Source: Alphaproteobacteria bacterium (lineage in GTDB: Bacteria; Pseudomonadota; Alphaproteobacteria; MPNO01; UBA830). From it: a DNA stretch of 64,000 bases. The notes below the pieces were generated by a model that was not told the origin of the DNA, ran no database searches, and saw only the letters and a list, made by a program, of their open reading frames with translations. The stretch lies in NCBI GenBank assembly GCA_965243135.1, contig OZ251539.1:1152001-1216000 (forward strand), written 5' to 3'. Both the position numbers and the translations under genes were made by a program. Positions within the stretch are counted from its first letter, which is position 1. Each line of letters begins with the position of its first letter. Positions 1 through 9,596 of the stretch are shown here, piece after piece.

Positions 1-104
1 AGGGCTACGCGGACAAGTACCGCCATCTCGGTCGTTCGGTCCACCTGATCGGGGTGGAGTTCAGCCGCGAGGAGCGCAACGTCGTCGGATGCGAGACCGC
101 CTGA
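1..104 (+). CDS. 3' end of an AAA-ATPase/PD-(D/E)XK nuclease paralog (partial, starts before the window)
   Basis: Frame from nt 3 reads GYADKYRHLGRSVHLIGVEFSREERNVVGCETA*, matching the C-terminus GYADKYRRPGVPVHLIGIEFGREERNIVGFEFETV* of the genes ending at 61654 and 63455. Confidence 0.85.
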   Translation, partial: GYADKYRHLGRSVHLIGVEFSREERNVVGCETA

Positions 105-317
105 ACGGCTTCCCGTCGGACACGGCCGCCTCCGCGAAAGAACGCCGCTCGCGACGCGGGTTCGGGCTGCGCTCCGTCGAAGGTGGCAGCGCTCGTTGCT
201 CGCGCGGCGCTCGACCGGTAAGCGCCTGAAAAGTCGCGGGAAGGCGTCCGCCCGGAGGGCCGGCGTAAGGCGCTGCGGCTGCGAAGAGCGCCGCGCAGCG
301 GCCTTCGGGGAGGGACG

Positions 318-374
318 CTTGACTCGCCTGCCTTGCGTGCTGACCGGCTGTGTTGCGCTTCGGAATTGACAGGG
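318..374 (+). repeat. Dispersed element copy A (internally shortened)
   Basis: CTTGACTCGCCTGCCT...GCTGACCGGCTGTGTTGCGCTTCGGAATTGA aligns to copies B, C and D. Confidence 0.65.
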
Positions 375-560
375 TGGCTTCCGGGCCGGAGCCCACACCC
401 GACCAAGCGTCGTGCGCGGGTGCGGTCCTCGAACCCGGCTGCGGCTTCCACCCCGACGGAACGTGGTGCAAATGCCAGGACAGGGTCGGCTAATGTTCGG
501 CTTGCCCCGTGCGCCCGTCTGACGGCGCGCATCGACAGGCAGTTGCGCAGGTTGCGCTGC

Positions 561-643
561 CTTTGACCGGCGGCTAACCCACCACGGTCTGCCCACACGA
601 CGGAGATCGCCGACCGTCGCGTTGCGCTTCAAAGTTGACGGGA
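561..643 (+). repeat. Dispersed element copy B (~83 bp)
   Basis: CTTTGACCGGCGGCTAACCCACC...GATCGCCGACCGTCGCGTTGCGCTTCAAAGTTGA is colinear with the reverse complement of 45856-45940. Confidence 0.7.
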
Positions 644-685
644 ACTCGTCTTTCGGAAGCGGAATAGTACGCCCCCTATCAACTC

Positions 686-710
686 GGATCGGTTGGCCGG
701 TGAGTCAAGG
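686..710 (-). repeat. Dispersed element copy E (partial, TTGAC end only, inverted relative to B)
   Basis: Reverse complement CCTTGACTCACCGGCCAACCGATCC versus copy D CCTTGACTCGCCGGCCTACTCATCC. Confidence 0.6.
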
Positions 711-825
711 TGTCGCCACGGGCGCAAAGGGCGGCCGCCAAGTGTATTCTGGAGCCGGAGACGCGGAAAACGGAGTGCGCCGAGGCGCGACGGCACCTAA
801 TGGAAAACGCAGGTTCCTGAGACCT

Positions 826-1569
826 ATGGACTGGAAGGATGAAGGCTTCGTGCTGTCGGCCCGCAAGCACGGAGAAAACTCCGCCATCGTCATGCTGCTC
901 ACCCGGGACAACGGACGCCACGCGGGACTCGTGCGCGGCGGCGGGAGCCGGCGCGCGCGGGGCGTGTACCAGACGGGGAATCTGGTCAGCGCGCGATGGC
1001 GGGCGCGCCTTGACGAACATCTCGGCGCCTATTCCTGCGAATTGCTGTACCCCTACGCGGCGCAACTGTTGGGCGAACCGCTGCAACTCCTGGCTCTGGC
1101 TTCGGCGGCGGCGACGCTTGACCAGTTGTTGCCCGAACGCGCGCCGCATCCGGAGGCGTTTGACGCGTTCCGCGCGGTGCTGGAAGCGTTTCGGGCCGAG
1201 GACGGCTGGCTGGAGGACTTCGTGCGATGGGAACTGTCGCTGCTGTCCGCGCTCGGTTACGGCCTCGATCTGTCGCGATGCGCCGCCACGGGCGTCGTCG
1301 ACGGCTTGACGTATGTTTCTCCCCGCACCGGCCGCGCCGTTTCCGCCGCGGCCGGCGAGCCTTGGCGCGGCAGGCTCCTGAAACTTCCTTCCTTTCTGAC
1401 GCAGGATGCCCGCGGCGGAGCGACTCCGGAAATCTCGGACGGGCTGGCGTTGACCGGACACTTTCTCGCCCGTTGCGCCAAGGAAACCGCGGCGCGGCCG
1501 CTGCCCGGGGCGCGTGCGCGACTAATTGACAGGCTGCGCAAAACCTCTACAATATCTGGTATTATCTAA
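826..1569 (+). CDS. recO: DNA repair protein RecO
   Basis: MDWKDEGFVLSARKHGE N-terminus, LGYGLDLSRCAATG and YVSPRTGRAVS motifs; start moved to ATG 826. Confidence 0.95.
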   Translation: MDWKDEGFVLSARKHGENSAIVMLLTRDNGRHAGLVRGGGSRRARGVYQTGNLVSARWRARLDEHLGAYSCELLYPYAAQLLGEPLQLLALASAAATLDQLLPERAPHPEAFDAFRAVLEAFRAEDGWLEDFVRWELSLLSALGYGLDLSRCAATGVVDGLTYVSPRTGRAVSAAAGEPWRGRLLKLPSFLTQDARGGATPEISDGLALTGHFLARCAKETAARPLPGARARLIDRLRKTSTISGII

Positions 1570-1584
1570 CCTCGGAGAGATCCG

Positions 1585-3819
1585 ATGACGACCGATTTGA
1601 TCGCCTCGCCGCGGATCGAGAACGTCCCGTTCGCGGATGCGCTGGGCGAACGCTATCTGGCCTACGCGCTTTCGACCATCACGTCGCGGTCGCTTCCCGA
1701 CGTGCGCGACGGCCTCAAACCCGTTCAGAGGCGCCTGCTTTTCGCCATGCGGCAACTCCGGCTCGACCCCGCTTCGGGCTTCAAGAAATGCGCGCGCGTC
1801 GTGGGCGACGTGATCGGAAAGTACCATCCTCACGGCGACGTCGCGGTCTACGACGCCCTCGTGCGCCTGGCGCAGGATTTCTCGGTTCGCTATCCGCTGA
1901 TCGACGGGCAGGGCAACTTCGGCAACGTCGACGGCGACAACGCCGCGGCCATGCGCTACACGGAAGCGCGGCTGACGGATTACGCGATCGCCGTGCTCGA
2001 CGGGATCGACGAGGACGCCGTCGACTTCCGCGAAAATTACGACGGTTCGGAGGACGAACCCGCGTTGCTGCCGGCGAGCGTGCCGAACCTTCTGTGCAAC
2101 GGGGCCATGGGCATCGCCGTCGGAATGGCGACCAGCATACCCCCGCACAACCTGGAGGAGGTGTGCAACGCGTTGCTGCACCTCCTTAAATTTCCGAACG
2201 CCACTATCGCGAAACTCGTCGAACTCGTCCCCGGCCCCGACTTTCCCACCGGCGGGTTGCTGGTCGAGGAGCGCGGCGCGGTCGCCGAAGCCTACGCCGC
2301 TGGACGCGGTTCGTTCCGGCATCGCGCCCGCTGGCGCAAGGAGGAGCTGCCTCGCGGCCAGTACCAGATCGTGGTCACCGAGATTCCCTATCAGGTGTCC
2401 AAGGGACGGCTCGTCGAAAAAATCGCCGATCAGCTCAACGCGAAGAAATTGTCGCTGCTGGGCGACCTGCGCGACGAGAGCGCGGAGGATACGCGGTTGA
2501 TTCTCGAACCGCGCAGCCGTTCCGTGGACGCGGAAATGCTGATGGAGCAGATGTTCCGCCTGACCGACCTCGAGGCCCGCGTTTCTCTGAACATGAACGT
2601 GCTGGATTCGCGAATGGTGCCGCGGGTCATGAGCCTCCGCGAGGTGTTGCGCGCTTTTCTCGATCACCGCGAAGAAGTGCTCGTAAGGCGGGCGCGGCAT
2701 CGCCTCGCGAAAATCGAACATCGCCTCGAGGTGCTCGACGGTTATCTTGTCGCCTATCTCAATCTCGACGAGGTGATCCGCATCATTCGCGAGGAGGACG
2801 AACCCAAATCCGTGATGATCGGCAAATGGGGGCTTAGCGACGTTCAGGCCGAGGCGATTCTCAATATGCGCCTGCGCGCGTTGCGCCGCCTGGAAGAGAT
2901 CGCGATCGAAGAGGAACACCGGAAACTGTCGGCCGAACGGCGCGACCTTCAGGAGATGTTGGCCGACGCCGGAAAACGGAAGGCGGCGATCGCCGCCGAG
3001 ATCGGCGAAATTCGCAAGCGCTTCGGCAAGAAGACGGCGCTGGGCGCGCGGCGCACCGGCATCGAGGACGCGCCGCCGCCCGTCGACGTGCCGCCGCACG
3101 CCTTGATCGAGCGGGAGCCGATCACCGTCATTTGTTCCGAGAAGGGATGGATTCGGGCGGCGAGGGGGCATCTGGCGGATCCGGGAGGCGTCAAATACAA
3201 GGAGGGCGACCGGGAGCGCTTCGTCCTCCCGGCGGAGACGACCGACAGGATCCTGATTTTCGCGACCAACGGCCGCTTCTACACGCTCGGCGCGGACAGG
3301 CTGCCGGGCGCGCGCGGCCACGGCGAGCCCGTGCGCCTGATGGTGGATCTGCCCAACGACCAGGACGTCGTGGCGTTGTTCGTTCACCGGCCCGGCGAAA
3401 GGCTGGTCGTCGCTTCGGCGGACGGACGGGGATTCGTCGTATCCGAAGACGAGGTGGTCGCACAGACCAAGAACGGCAAGCAGGTGCTTAATCTCGGGAA
3501 GCAGGGGGAGGCGGCGGCGTGCGCTCCCGTGCGAGGGGACGCCGTCGCGGTGATCGGCGAAAATCGCAAGATTTTGGCGTTTCCGCTGTCGGAACTGCCG
3601 GAGATGAGCCGCGGCCGCGGCGTGAAGATGCAGAGCTATCGGGATGGCGGGCTGTCGGACGTCACGACCTTCGAACTGAAGAAGGGCCTGTCGTGGAAGA
3701 CGGGGGCGGGAATGCGCACCGAAAGCGACCTCGAAGGCTATGTGGGCCGGCGCGGCCAGGCCGGCCGCGTCGCCATGCGGGGGTTTCCGAGAAGCAACCG
3801 CTTCGGGAACTACGCGTAG
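1585..3819 (+). CDS. parC: DNA topoisomerase IV subunit A
   Basis: [34 protein letters not shown]; 744 aa; recO-parC adjacency. Confidence 0.95.
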   Translation: MTTDLIASPRIENVPFADALGERYLAYALSTITSRSLPDVRDGLKPVQRRLLFAMRQLRLDPASGFKKCARVVGDVIGKYHPHGDVAVYDALVRLAQDFSVRYPLIDGQGNFGNVDGDNAAAMRYTEARLTDYAIAVLDGIDEDAVDFRENYDGSEDEPALLPASVPNLLCNGAMGIAVGMATSIPPHNLEEVCNALLHLLKFPNATIAKLVELVPGPDFPTGGLLVEERGAVAEAYAAGRGSFRHRARWRKEELPRGQYQIVVTEIPYQVSKGRLVEKIADQLNAKKLSLLGDLRDESAEDTRLILEPRSRSVDAEMLMEQMFRLTDLEARVSLNMNVLDSRMVPRVMSLREVLRAFLDHREEVLVRRARHRLAKIEHRLEVLDGYLVAYLNLDEVIRIIREEDEPKSVMIGKWGLSDVQAEAILNMRLRALRRLEEIAIEEEHRKLSAERRDLQEMLADAGKRKAAIAAEIGEIRKRFGKKTALGARRTGIEDAPPPVDVPPHALIEREPITVICSEKGWIRAARGHLADPGGVKYKEGDRERFVLPAETTDRILIFATNGRFYTLGADRLPGARGHGEPVRLMVDLPNDQDVVALFVHRPGERLVVASADGRGFVVSEDEVVAQTKNGKQVLNLGKQGEAAACAPVRGDAVAVIGENRKILAFPLSELPEMSRGRGVKMQSYRDGGLSDVTTFELKKGLSWKTGAGMRTESDLEGYVGRRGQAGRVAMRGFPRSNRFGNYA

Positions 3820-3825
3820 ACCCGG

Positions 3826-6477
3826 TCAGAAATTCAGGGAGATGTCGCGGTGGACCGACAGGCAGCTCGCGATTTCCGCCGCGGCGTCGCTGTTCAGGCG
3901 CGGTTGCGAGCGGAGCCCGATGGTGTCCCTGATCGCCGTTTCGTAGGAGGACAAGCCGGGCTGCAGTTCGGCCGCCGCCCGGCGCCGCCACTCGACTTCC
4001 GCGGCGTAGCGCTCGAGACCGTCCGCGAGTTCCCGGGCGGCGCGTTTCTCGTCGGGCGTCCGGCGGGCGAGCGCCCGGCGCGCGCGCGAGAAGCGCGATT
4101 TCACCGACGAAGTCCCCTCGATTCCCTCGAACGACCGTTCCGCCGCCTTGAAGCGCTCCGCCGCCTCCGCCGACGGCATGCTGCCGATGACCGTCCTCAG
4201 CGCCGCGAGCTCGTCGCCGATCGCCGCCAGCGCTTCCGCCCCGCCGACGATCCCGAGCGCTTCCGATACCGGTTCGTAGGCGTCGTCGACGGTCCGCCGA
4301 TAAAGTCGCCGCGCCCGGTCCGCCGCCTTGGCGAGCGCAAGATAGGTCTTGCGGGCCTCCTCCCATTCTTCCGGCAGCGACGCCTCGAGCGCGGCGATCT
4401 CGCGCCGGATCTCTTCAAGCCGCGATCGTTGCGCGGATGCCCCGGCGCCGTCTCTTTCCAGTCGGCGCATCCGGTCTTCGACGTCTTCCGCCTCCGTCGC
4501 GAGCTTGCGAATTCGGGTCTGAAGCCTGCGCACCGTGCGATGCAGGGGCTTGTAACCGGGCACGAAGGCGTTCAACTCCGCGTCCGAGGACCGCACCAGG
4601 GCAACTTGTTCGAAGGTCCGGCCTGCGGTTTCGAAACTTTCGGCGAGCTTCGAACGCAGGGATTTCGGAAGATACGAGATGTCCAGCCTCTTCGTCGACT
4701 CGATCGCGTTCAGCAGGGTTTCGCCGCGCGCGTCGTACTGCCTGAACAGCATGTCTTCGAGACATAACTGAAGACGGGGGTTCTTGGGCGGAGGCGCCGT
4801 TTCCGAAGTCAGATAGACCCTGTTGGGCAGATAGTTCACGAGACCCGGCCACACGCCGACGATCGCGAGTCCCGCGAGTTGCAGAACGATGAACGGAACC
4901 ACTCCGGCGTACATCTGGATCGTCTTGACCGAAGGCGGCGCGACCCCGCGGAGATAAAAGAGCGCGAAGCCGAACGGCGGCGTCAGAAAGGAGGTCTGCA
5001 TGTTGACGCCGATCATCACGCCGAGCCAGACGGCAGTCACGTTCGCGGACGTGTCGGCGAGCAGAATCGGCGCGATGATCGGCACGACGACCACGGCGAT
5101 TTCGATGAAATCGAGAAAGAAGCCGAGGATGAAGATCACGGCCATTACCACGACGAACTTCGCGATGAAGCCGCCGGGCAACCCGAACAGGAAATCCCGG
5201 ACGAGATCTTCGCCGCCGAACGCCCGGAAGGCTGCGGTCAGCATCGCGGCGCCGAGCAGGATGATGAAGACCAGCGACGTGGTCTTGGCGGTTTCGATCA
5301 TGACGTGGCGCAGCGTTTCGTCGATGGCGTAGGTTCGCCACAGGCTCCAGGCCACGGCGGCCAGCAACGCCGCGACCGCGGCGGCGGCGAGGATCACGCC
5401 TATCCACTCGGACTGCGTCCGCGTGTTCTTTATGTTGATGTCGTAGAAGTTCAGCAGGAGCACGATGGCGGCGACGGCGCCGAGAGCGAGCAGCGCCGGC
5501 CGGAACGCGCCTTTCCTGTCCGCCGTCAACCGGTATCCCGCCATGACGACCGCGCCGACCGCGCCGATCGCGCCGGCCTGGTTCACGGTGGCGACGCCCA
5601 TGATGATGGAGCCGAGCACGATGAAGATGAGCGCGAGCGGCGGAACCAGCGACAACGCGACCTTCGTCAGGAAGCGGATGTCCATTTGCCCCTGGAACGG
5701 GACGGGAGGAGCGATCTTCGGCCGGATCAGCGAGGACAGCAGAATGTAGACCATGTACAACCCGACGAGAACGAGGCCGGGGAGCAGAGCGCCGAGAAAC
5801 ATGTCGCCGGCGCTGGTGGACGTCAGGCTGAACTCCGAGGGCAGGGCGAATTGTCCGGTCGCCTGCTTGTATTCCGCCTGGCGCAGCGTGCTCGCCTGGT
5901 CGGTGGCGCTCGCCAGCTGATCCGCGAGGATGATCAGAACGATCGAGGGCGGAATGATCTGCCCGAGCGTGCCGGACGCGCTGATCGTGCCCGTGGCGAG
6001 CGCTTTCGAGTAATTGGCGCGCAGCATCACCGGCAGGGAGATAAGCCCCATGGCGACGACGGTGGCGCCCACGATGCCGGTCGTCGCGGCGAGCAGCGCG
6101 CCGACGAAGACGACGGCGATGCCGAGCCCGCCCGGAATCGGGCCGAACAACTGCGCCATCGTGACGAGCAGGTCCTCCGCCACCTTGGACCGTTCCAGCA
6201 TGATGCCCATGAAGACGAACAGGGGAATCGCGATCAGCGTGTCGCGTTCGACCTCCCAGTAGACGCCGCGAAAGTTCGTGACGCCGGCATCCAGCCATTG
6301 CTGCGGTCCGCCGTGGAGAAAATAGGCGTCCGGGTTGCCGGCGAAGAGGTATCCGCACAGAGCCGCCAGGCCGATCGACAGGATCGCCGAGCCGGGCAGG
6401 GCGAAGGCCACGGGATATCCCGAAGCGAGCGCGGCGACCATCGTGCCGATCAGAATTACGAGAAAGAAGATTTCCAC
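3826..6477 (-). CDS. TRAP transporter large permease (DctM) with long soluble C-terminal extension
   Basis: GTLGQIIPPSIVLIIL and QTSFLTPPFGFALFYLRG motifs; 883 aa. Confidence 0.9.
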   Translation of the reverse strand: MEIFFLVILIGTMVAALASGYPVAFALPGSAILSIGLAALCGYLFAGNPDAYFLHGGPQQWLDAGVTNFRGVYWEVERDTLIAIPLFVFMGIMLERSKVAEDLLVTMAQLFGPIPGGLGIAVVFVGALLAATTGIVGATVVAMGLISLPVMLRANYSKALATGTISASGTLGQIIPPSIVLIILADQLASATDQASTLRQAEYKQATGQFALPSEFSLTSTSAGDMFLGALLPGLVLVGLYMVYILLSSLIRPKIAPPVPFQGQMDIRFLTKVALSLVPPLALIFIVLGSIIMGVATVNQAGAIGAVGAVVMAGYRLTADRKGAFRPALLALGAVAAIVLLLNFYDINIKNTRTQSEWIGVILAAAAVAALLAAVAWSLWRTYAIDETLRHVMIETAKTTSLVFIILLGAAMLTAAFRAFGGEDLVRDFLFGLPGGFIAKFVVVMAVIFILGFFLDFIEIAVVVVPIIAPILLADTSANVTAVWLGVMIGVNMQTSFLTPPFGFALFYLRGVAPPSVKTIQMYAGVVPFIVLQLAGLAIVGVWPGLVNYLPNRVYLTSETAPPPKNPRLQLCLEDMLFRQYDARGETLLNAIESTKRLDISYLPKSLRSKLAESFETAGRTFEQVALVRSSDAELNAFVPGYKPLHRTVRRLQTRIRKLATEAEDVEDRMRRLERDGAGASAQRSRLEEIRREIAALEASLPEEWEEARKTYLALAKAADRARRLYRRTVDDAYEPVSEALGIVGGAEALAAIGDELAALRTVIGSMPSAEAAERFKAAERSFEGIEGTSSVKSRFSRARRALARRTPDEKRAARELADGLERYAAEVEWRRRAAAELQPGLSSYETAIRDTIGLRSQPRLNSDAAAEIASCLSVHRDISLNF

Positions 6478-6486
6478 GGACGGCGC

Positions 6487-7497
6487 CTACGTCGCGCGTT
6501 GGCCGGCGGACGAGGCCCCGGGCTCTCCGGCGAGAACGGCCGCGTTGCGGAGGGCGTATCCAAGGAACTGCATCAGCATGCTGAGCGCGTAGACCAGCAG
6601 GAACCCGGCCATCAGGTATTTGACGTACATGCCGTAGCCGCTCTGCGAGACTTCGTAGCTGAGAAGCGGAGCGTTGATCAGGTTCGACTTGTCCCACATG
6701 CCGGAGGTCAGGATGATCCAGCAAAGCGGCACGCCGAGGAGGACGGAGCCGGCGACGTTCGACAACGCCTTGCCGCGCGCGCTGAAACCGGCGTAGAGGA
6801 TGTCGACGCGCACATGGCCTTCCTCGATCAACGTATAGGCGCTCGCGAACAGGAAGAGGGCGGCGTACCAGAAACGCACGAGGTCGCCCATGAACGCCTG
6901 CTCGTAGGAAAAGATGAACCGCGCCAGCACGATCTGGAATTCCGCCAGCACGATCAGAAGGGCGAGCCAGGTGAAGCCGAGGGATCTCGAGAAAAACGCG
7001 ATCGCCAGCGCGACGCCGATGAGGGGGTAATGGACGAAATCGCCGCGGTACTGGGACCGTCCGAGATCCTTCGCCGCCTCCTGTCCGACGACGTCGGCGA
7101 GGATGCCCTCCACGCGAAGGAAGGAAATCGTCATGTCCGCGAGGCCGACCAGCAGGACGCCCCAGAACGCGGCGCGGACGATGTAGGCGGCGAAGCCCGC
7201 CAGAACGGCGGCGTCGTCCGCCAGCGACCGTTTGCGGCTCGCGAACGCGATGGCGATCAGGAGCGCCGCCGCATAGAGAAGAAGCTGCGTCCAACCCAGC
7301 CGCGCCGCCGCGCCGTCGAGCGGCGGCGCTTCGCCGCCGGACCAGCCGAGATGGGCGAACAGGTTTTCGATCCCGGGCCAACCGCGCCAGTGGATCAGGT
7401 AGTTGTTGATCGAAAAGGCGATCGCGAAGCCGGCGACGGCAAGGGCGGCGGCCCGCAGGAAGGGGCTTCCTCTCGCGAAGGCGGAAAGGGGGGCCAT
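6487..7497 (-). CDS. TRAP transporter small permease (DctQ, N-terminally extended)
   Basis: SAYTLIEEGHVRVDILY DctQ motif; lies between dctP- and dctM-like genes. Confidence 0.88.
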   Translation of the reverse strand: MAPLSAFARGSPFLRAAALAVAGFAIAFSINNYLIHWRGWPGIENLFAHLGWSGGEAPPLDGAAARLGWTQLLLYAAALLIAIAFASRKRSLADDAAVLAGFAAYIVRAAFWGVLLVGLADMTISFLRVEGILADVVGQEAAKDLGRSQYRGDFVHYPLIGVALAIAFFSRSLGFTWLALLIVLAEFQIVLARFIFSYEQAFMGDLVRFWYAALFLFASAYTLIEEGHVRVDILYAGFSARGKALSNVAGSVLLGVPLCWIILTSGMWDKSNLINAPLLSYEVSQSGYGMYVKYLMAGFLLVYALSMLMQFLGYALRNAAVLAGEPGASSAGQRAT

Positions 7498-7532
7498 GCT
7501 TTCAGGCGCCTCGCGACGGCCGGCGGCGGTCG

Positions 7533-7563
7533 CGGATAGCGGAGCCGGAGACTCCGCTATCCG
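7533..7563. terminator. Intercistronic stem-loop after the TRAP solute-binding gene
   Basis: Perfect 12-bp stem CGGATAGCGGAG/CTCCGCTATCCG with 7-nt loop and no U-tract; more likely an mRNA stabiliser or attenuator. Confidence 0.55.
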
Positions 7564-7581
7564 GTCACATGACGCGCTTTC

Positions 7582-8706
7582 CTAGACGCCGAGAACGCGG
7601 TTGCGCTGGGCGATGTAGGCCTGGTCGGAGATCTTCGACCAGCCGCCGAGATCCTTGCGGGCCGCAAGGAAACTTTCGTGGATGCGCTTCGCGAGGTCGC
7701 TGTGCGCCACGACCGTTTCGAAGACCTCGTCGGCCGCTTCGCCGAAGCTGTCGTAGACGTCGTCGTTGAACTCGCGGAGCTTGACTCCGTGTTCCGAAAC
7801 CAGCTTGGCCAGCGCCGCGCCGTTCTTGGCGTTGTATTCGGACATCATCACGTCGTTTTCCATGCCCGCCGCGGCTTCGACGAGGATCCGGTCCGACTTC
7901 GTGAGCTTGCCCCACCACGACGCGTTCATCCCGAGCGCCAGCATCGCTCCCGGCTCGTGCATGCCCGGATAGTAGTAGTACTTGGCCGCTTCGTAGAACT
8001 TCATGAAGCTGTCGTTCCAGGGACCGACCCATTCCGTCGCGTCGATCGCGCCCGAAACCAGGTTCTCGTAGATCTGGCCGCCCGGGAGCGAAACCGGCGA
8101 GGCGCCGAGCTTGGCCATCACGTCGCCGCCGAGGCCGGGAATGCGCATCTTCAGCCCCTTGAGATCGTCGGAGGAGTTGATCTCCTTGTTGAACCAGCCG
8201 CCCATCTGGACGCCGGTGTTGCCGCACATCACGCCCTTGAGGCCGAATTCGCCGGCGAGCTCGTCCCACAGCTCCTGACCGCCGCCGAAGCGAATCCAGG
8301 CGTTGATTTCGGTGTAGGTGAGGCCGAACGGCACCGCCGTGAAGTACGCCCAGCCGGGATGCTTGCCCTTCCAGTAATAGTCGGCGGCGTGGTAGGCCTG
8401 CGCGTTGCCGGACGCCACCGCGTCGAAGGAATCGAACGCGCCGACGCGCTCGTTCGCGGCGAAATACTGCACCTTGATCCGGCCTTCGGTCATCTCTTCG
8501 ACGCGCTTGGCGAAGCGTTGCGCTCCGGTGCCGAGGCCGGGAAAGTCGCGCGGCCACGTCGTGACGATCGTCATCTCGTTGGTTTTCTGCGCGACGGCCG
8601 GCGCGGGAAAGCTGGAGGCGGCCGCGACGCCCGCGCCCGCAAGAGCCGCGCCCTTGATGAAGGAACGGCGGCCGGCTTCCCCGGCCCCACTCTTTTTCGA
8701 TGTCAT
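7582..8706 (-). CDS. TRAP solute-binding protein (TakP/DctP type, Tat signal)
   Basis: RRSFIKG Tat motif, GNTGVQMGGWFNKEI, GLKMRIPGLGG, DATEWVGP; C-terminal part of the 1296-aa ORF. Confidence 0.92.
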   Translation of the reverse strand: MTSKKSGAGEAGRRSFIKGAALAGAGVAAASSFPAPAVAQKTNEMTIVTTWPRDFPGLGTGAQRFAKRVEEMTEGRIKVQYFAANERVGAFDSFDAVASGNAQAYHAADYYWKGKHPGWAYFTAVPFGLTYTEINAWIRFGGGQELWDELAGEFGLKGVMCGNTGVQMGGWFNKEINSSDDLKGLKMRIPGLGGDVMAKLGASPVSLPGGQIYENLVSGAIDATEWVGPWNDSFMKFYEAAKYYYYPGMHEPGAMLALGMNASWWGKLTKSDRILVEAAAGMENDVMMSEYNAKNGAALAKLVSEHGVKLREFNDDVYDSFGEAADEVFETVVAHSDLAKRIHESFLAARKDLGGWSKISDQAYIAQRNRVLGV

Positions 8707-8783
8707 GTCTTGATTTCTCCCTGTTTGCCCACGCCCCTGCGGGCGGGATCGCGCAGGCATGTTAATTCGCCGGTTTACGGCGA

Positions 8784-9524
8784 TCAACTCCGAAACCCGC
8801 CGGAGCTTCGCGAGTCGAGAACCCTCCAGCCGTCGTCCCGCAGCGCTTCGAGCGGCCGGAAGCGCGCCTTGTAAGCCATCTTTTCCAGCCCTTCGATCCA
8901 GTAGCCGAGATAAACGAACGACAGGCCGAGTTCGCGCGCGCGCCGGACCATCCACAGGATCATGAAGGTGCCCATGCTGCGTCCGCCCGGATCGAAGAAA
9001 CTGTAAACGGCGGAAAGCGCGTCGCGCAACCTGTCCATCAGCATGACCCCCGCCAACGCTCCGTCCGGGTTTCGGAACTCGACCGCGCGCGAGGTCACCG
9101 GCGAGCGCTCGATCATCGCCCGGTACTCCTCGAAACTCATGGCCGACATCTCGCCGCCGCCGTGGCGCGTCCGCTGGTAGAGCGAGAACAGGCGATACTG
9201 TTCCGCCGTCGCGACGGCCTCCAGGTCGGCGGCCGTCAGGCCGGCGTTCTCCCTCAGAACGCGCCGCTGGGAGCGCGCGGCCTCGAATTCGCCGACGACG
9301 ATCCGCACCGGCACGCAGGCGTCGCAGCCGGGGCAGGCGGGCCGGTAGGCGAGCTCGTAGCTTCGGCGGAAACCGGCGCGGGACAGCCGCTCGTAGGCTT
9401 CCTCGGCGTCCGGTCCCGCGAGCTCCGTCACCACCTTGCGTTCCGTCCGGCCCTCGAGATAAGGGCAGGGCAGCAGGCGGGTTCCGAAGAAATACCGGCT
9501 GGGTCGAGCGAGCGGCTGGTTCAT
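8784..9524 (-). CDS. ate: Arginyl-tRNA-protein transferase / Asp-Glu leucyltransferase (Ate/Bpt)
   Basis: PCPYLEGRTERK, GFRRS, YRPACPGCDAC, SAVYSFFDP, YLGYWI..KMAYK. Confidence 0.92.
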   Translation of the reverse strand: MNQPLARPSRYFFGTRLLPCPYLEGRTERKVVTELAGPDAEEAYERLSRAGFRRSYELAYRPACPGCDACVPVRIVVGEFEAARSQRRVLRENAGLTAADLEAVATAEQYRLFSLYQRTRHGGGEMSAMSFEEYRAMIERSPVTSRAVEFRNPDGALAGVMLMDRLRDALSAVYSFFDPGGRSMGTFMILWMVRRARELGLSFVYLGYWIEGLEKMAYKARFRPLEALRDDGWRVLDSRSSGGFRS

Positions 9525-9596
9525 GCGCGGTGACGCTTGTGGGACGGCGCAGTATAGGAGTTGCCGCGTCCGCGCGAAAGGCGTTCGCCGCCCGGC

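Noticed and set aside
375-560. Group II intron 5' end (GTGCG...) or HEARO/omegaRNA
   Set aside because: Only short motif resemblance; no domain V, RT or IscB ORF
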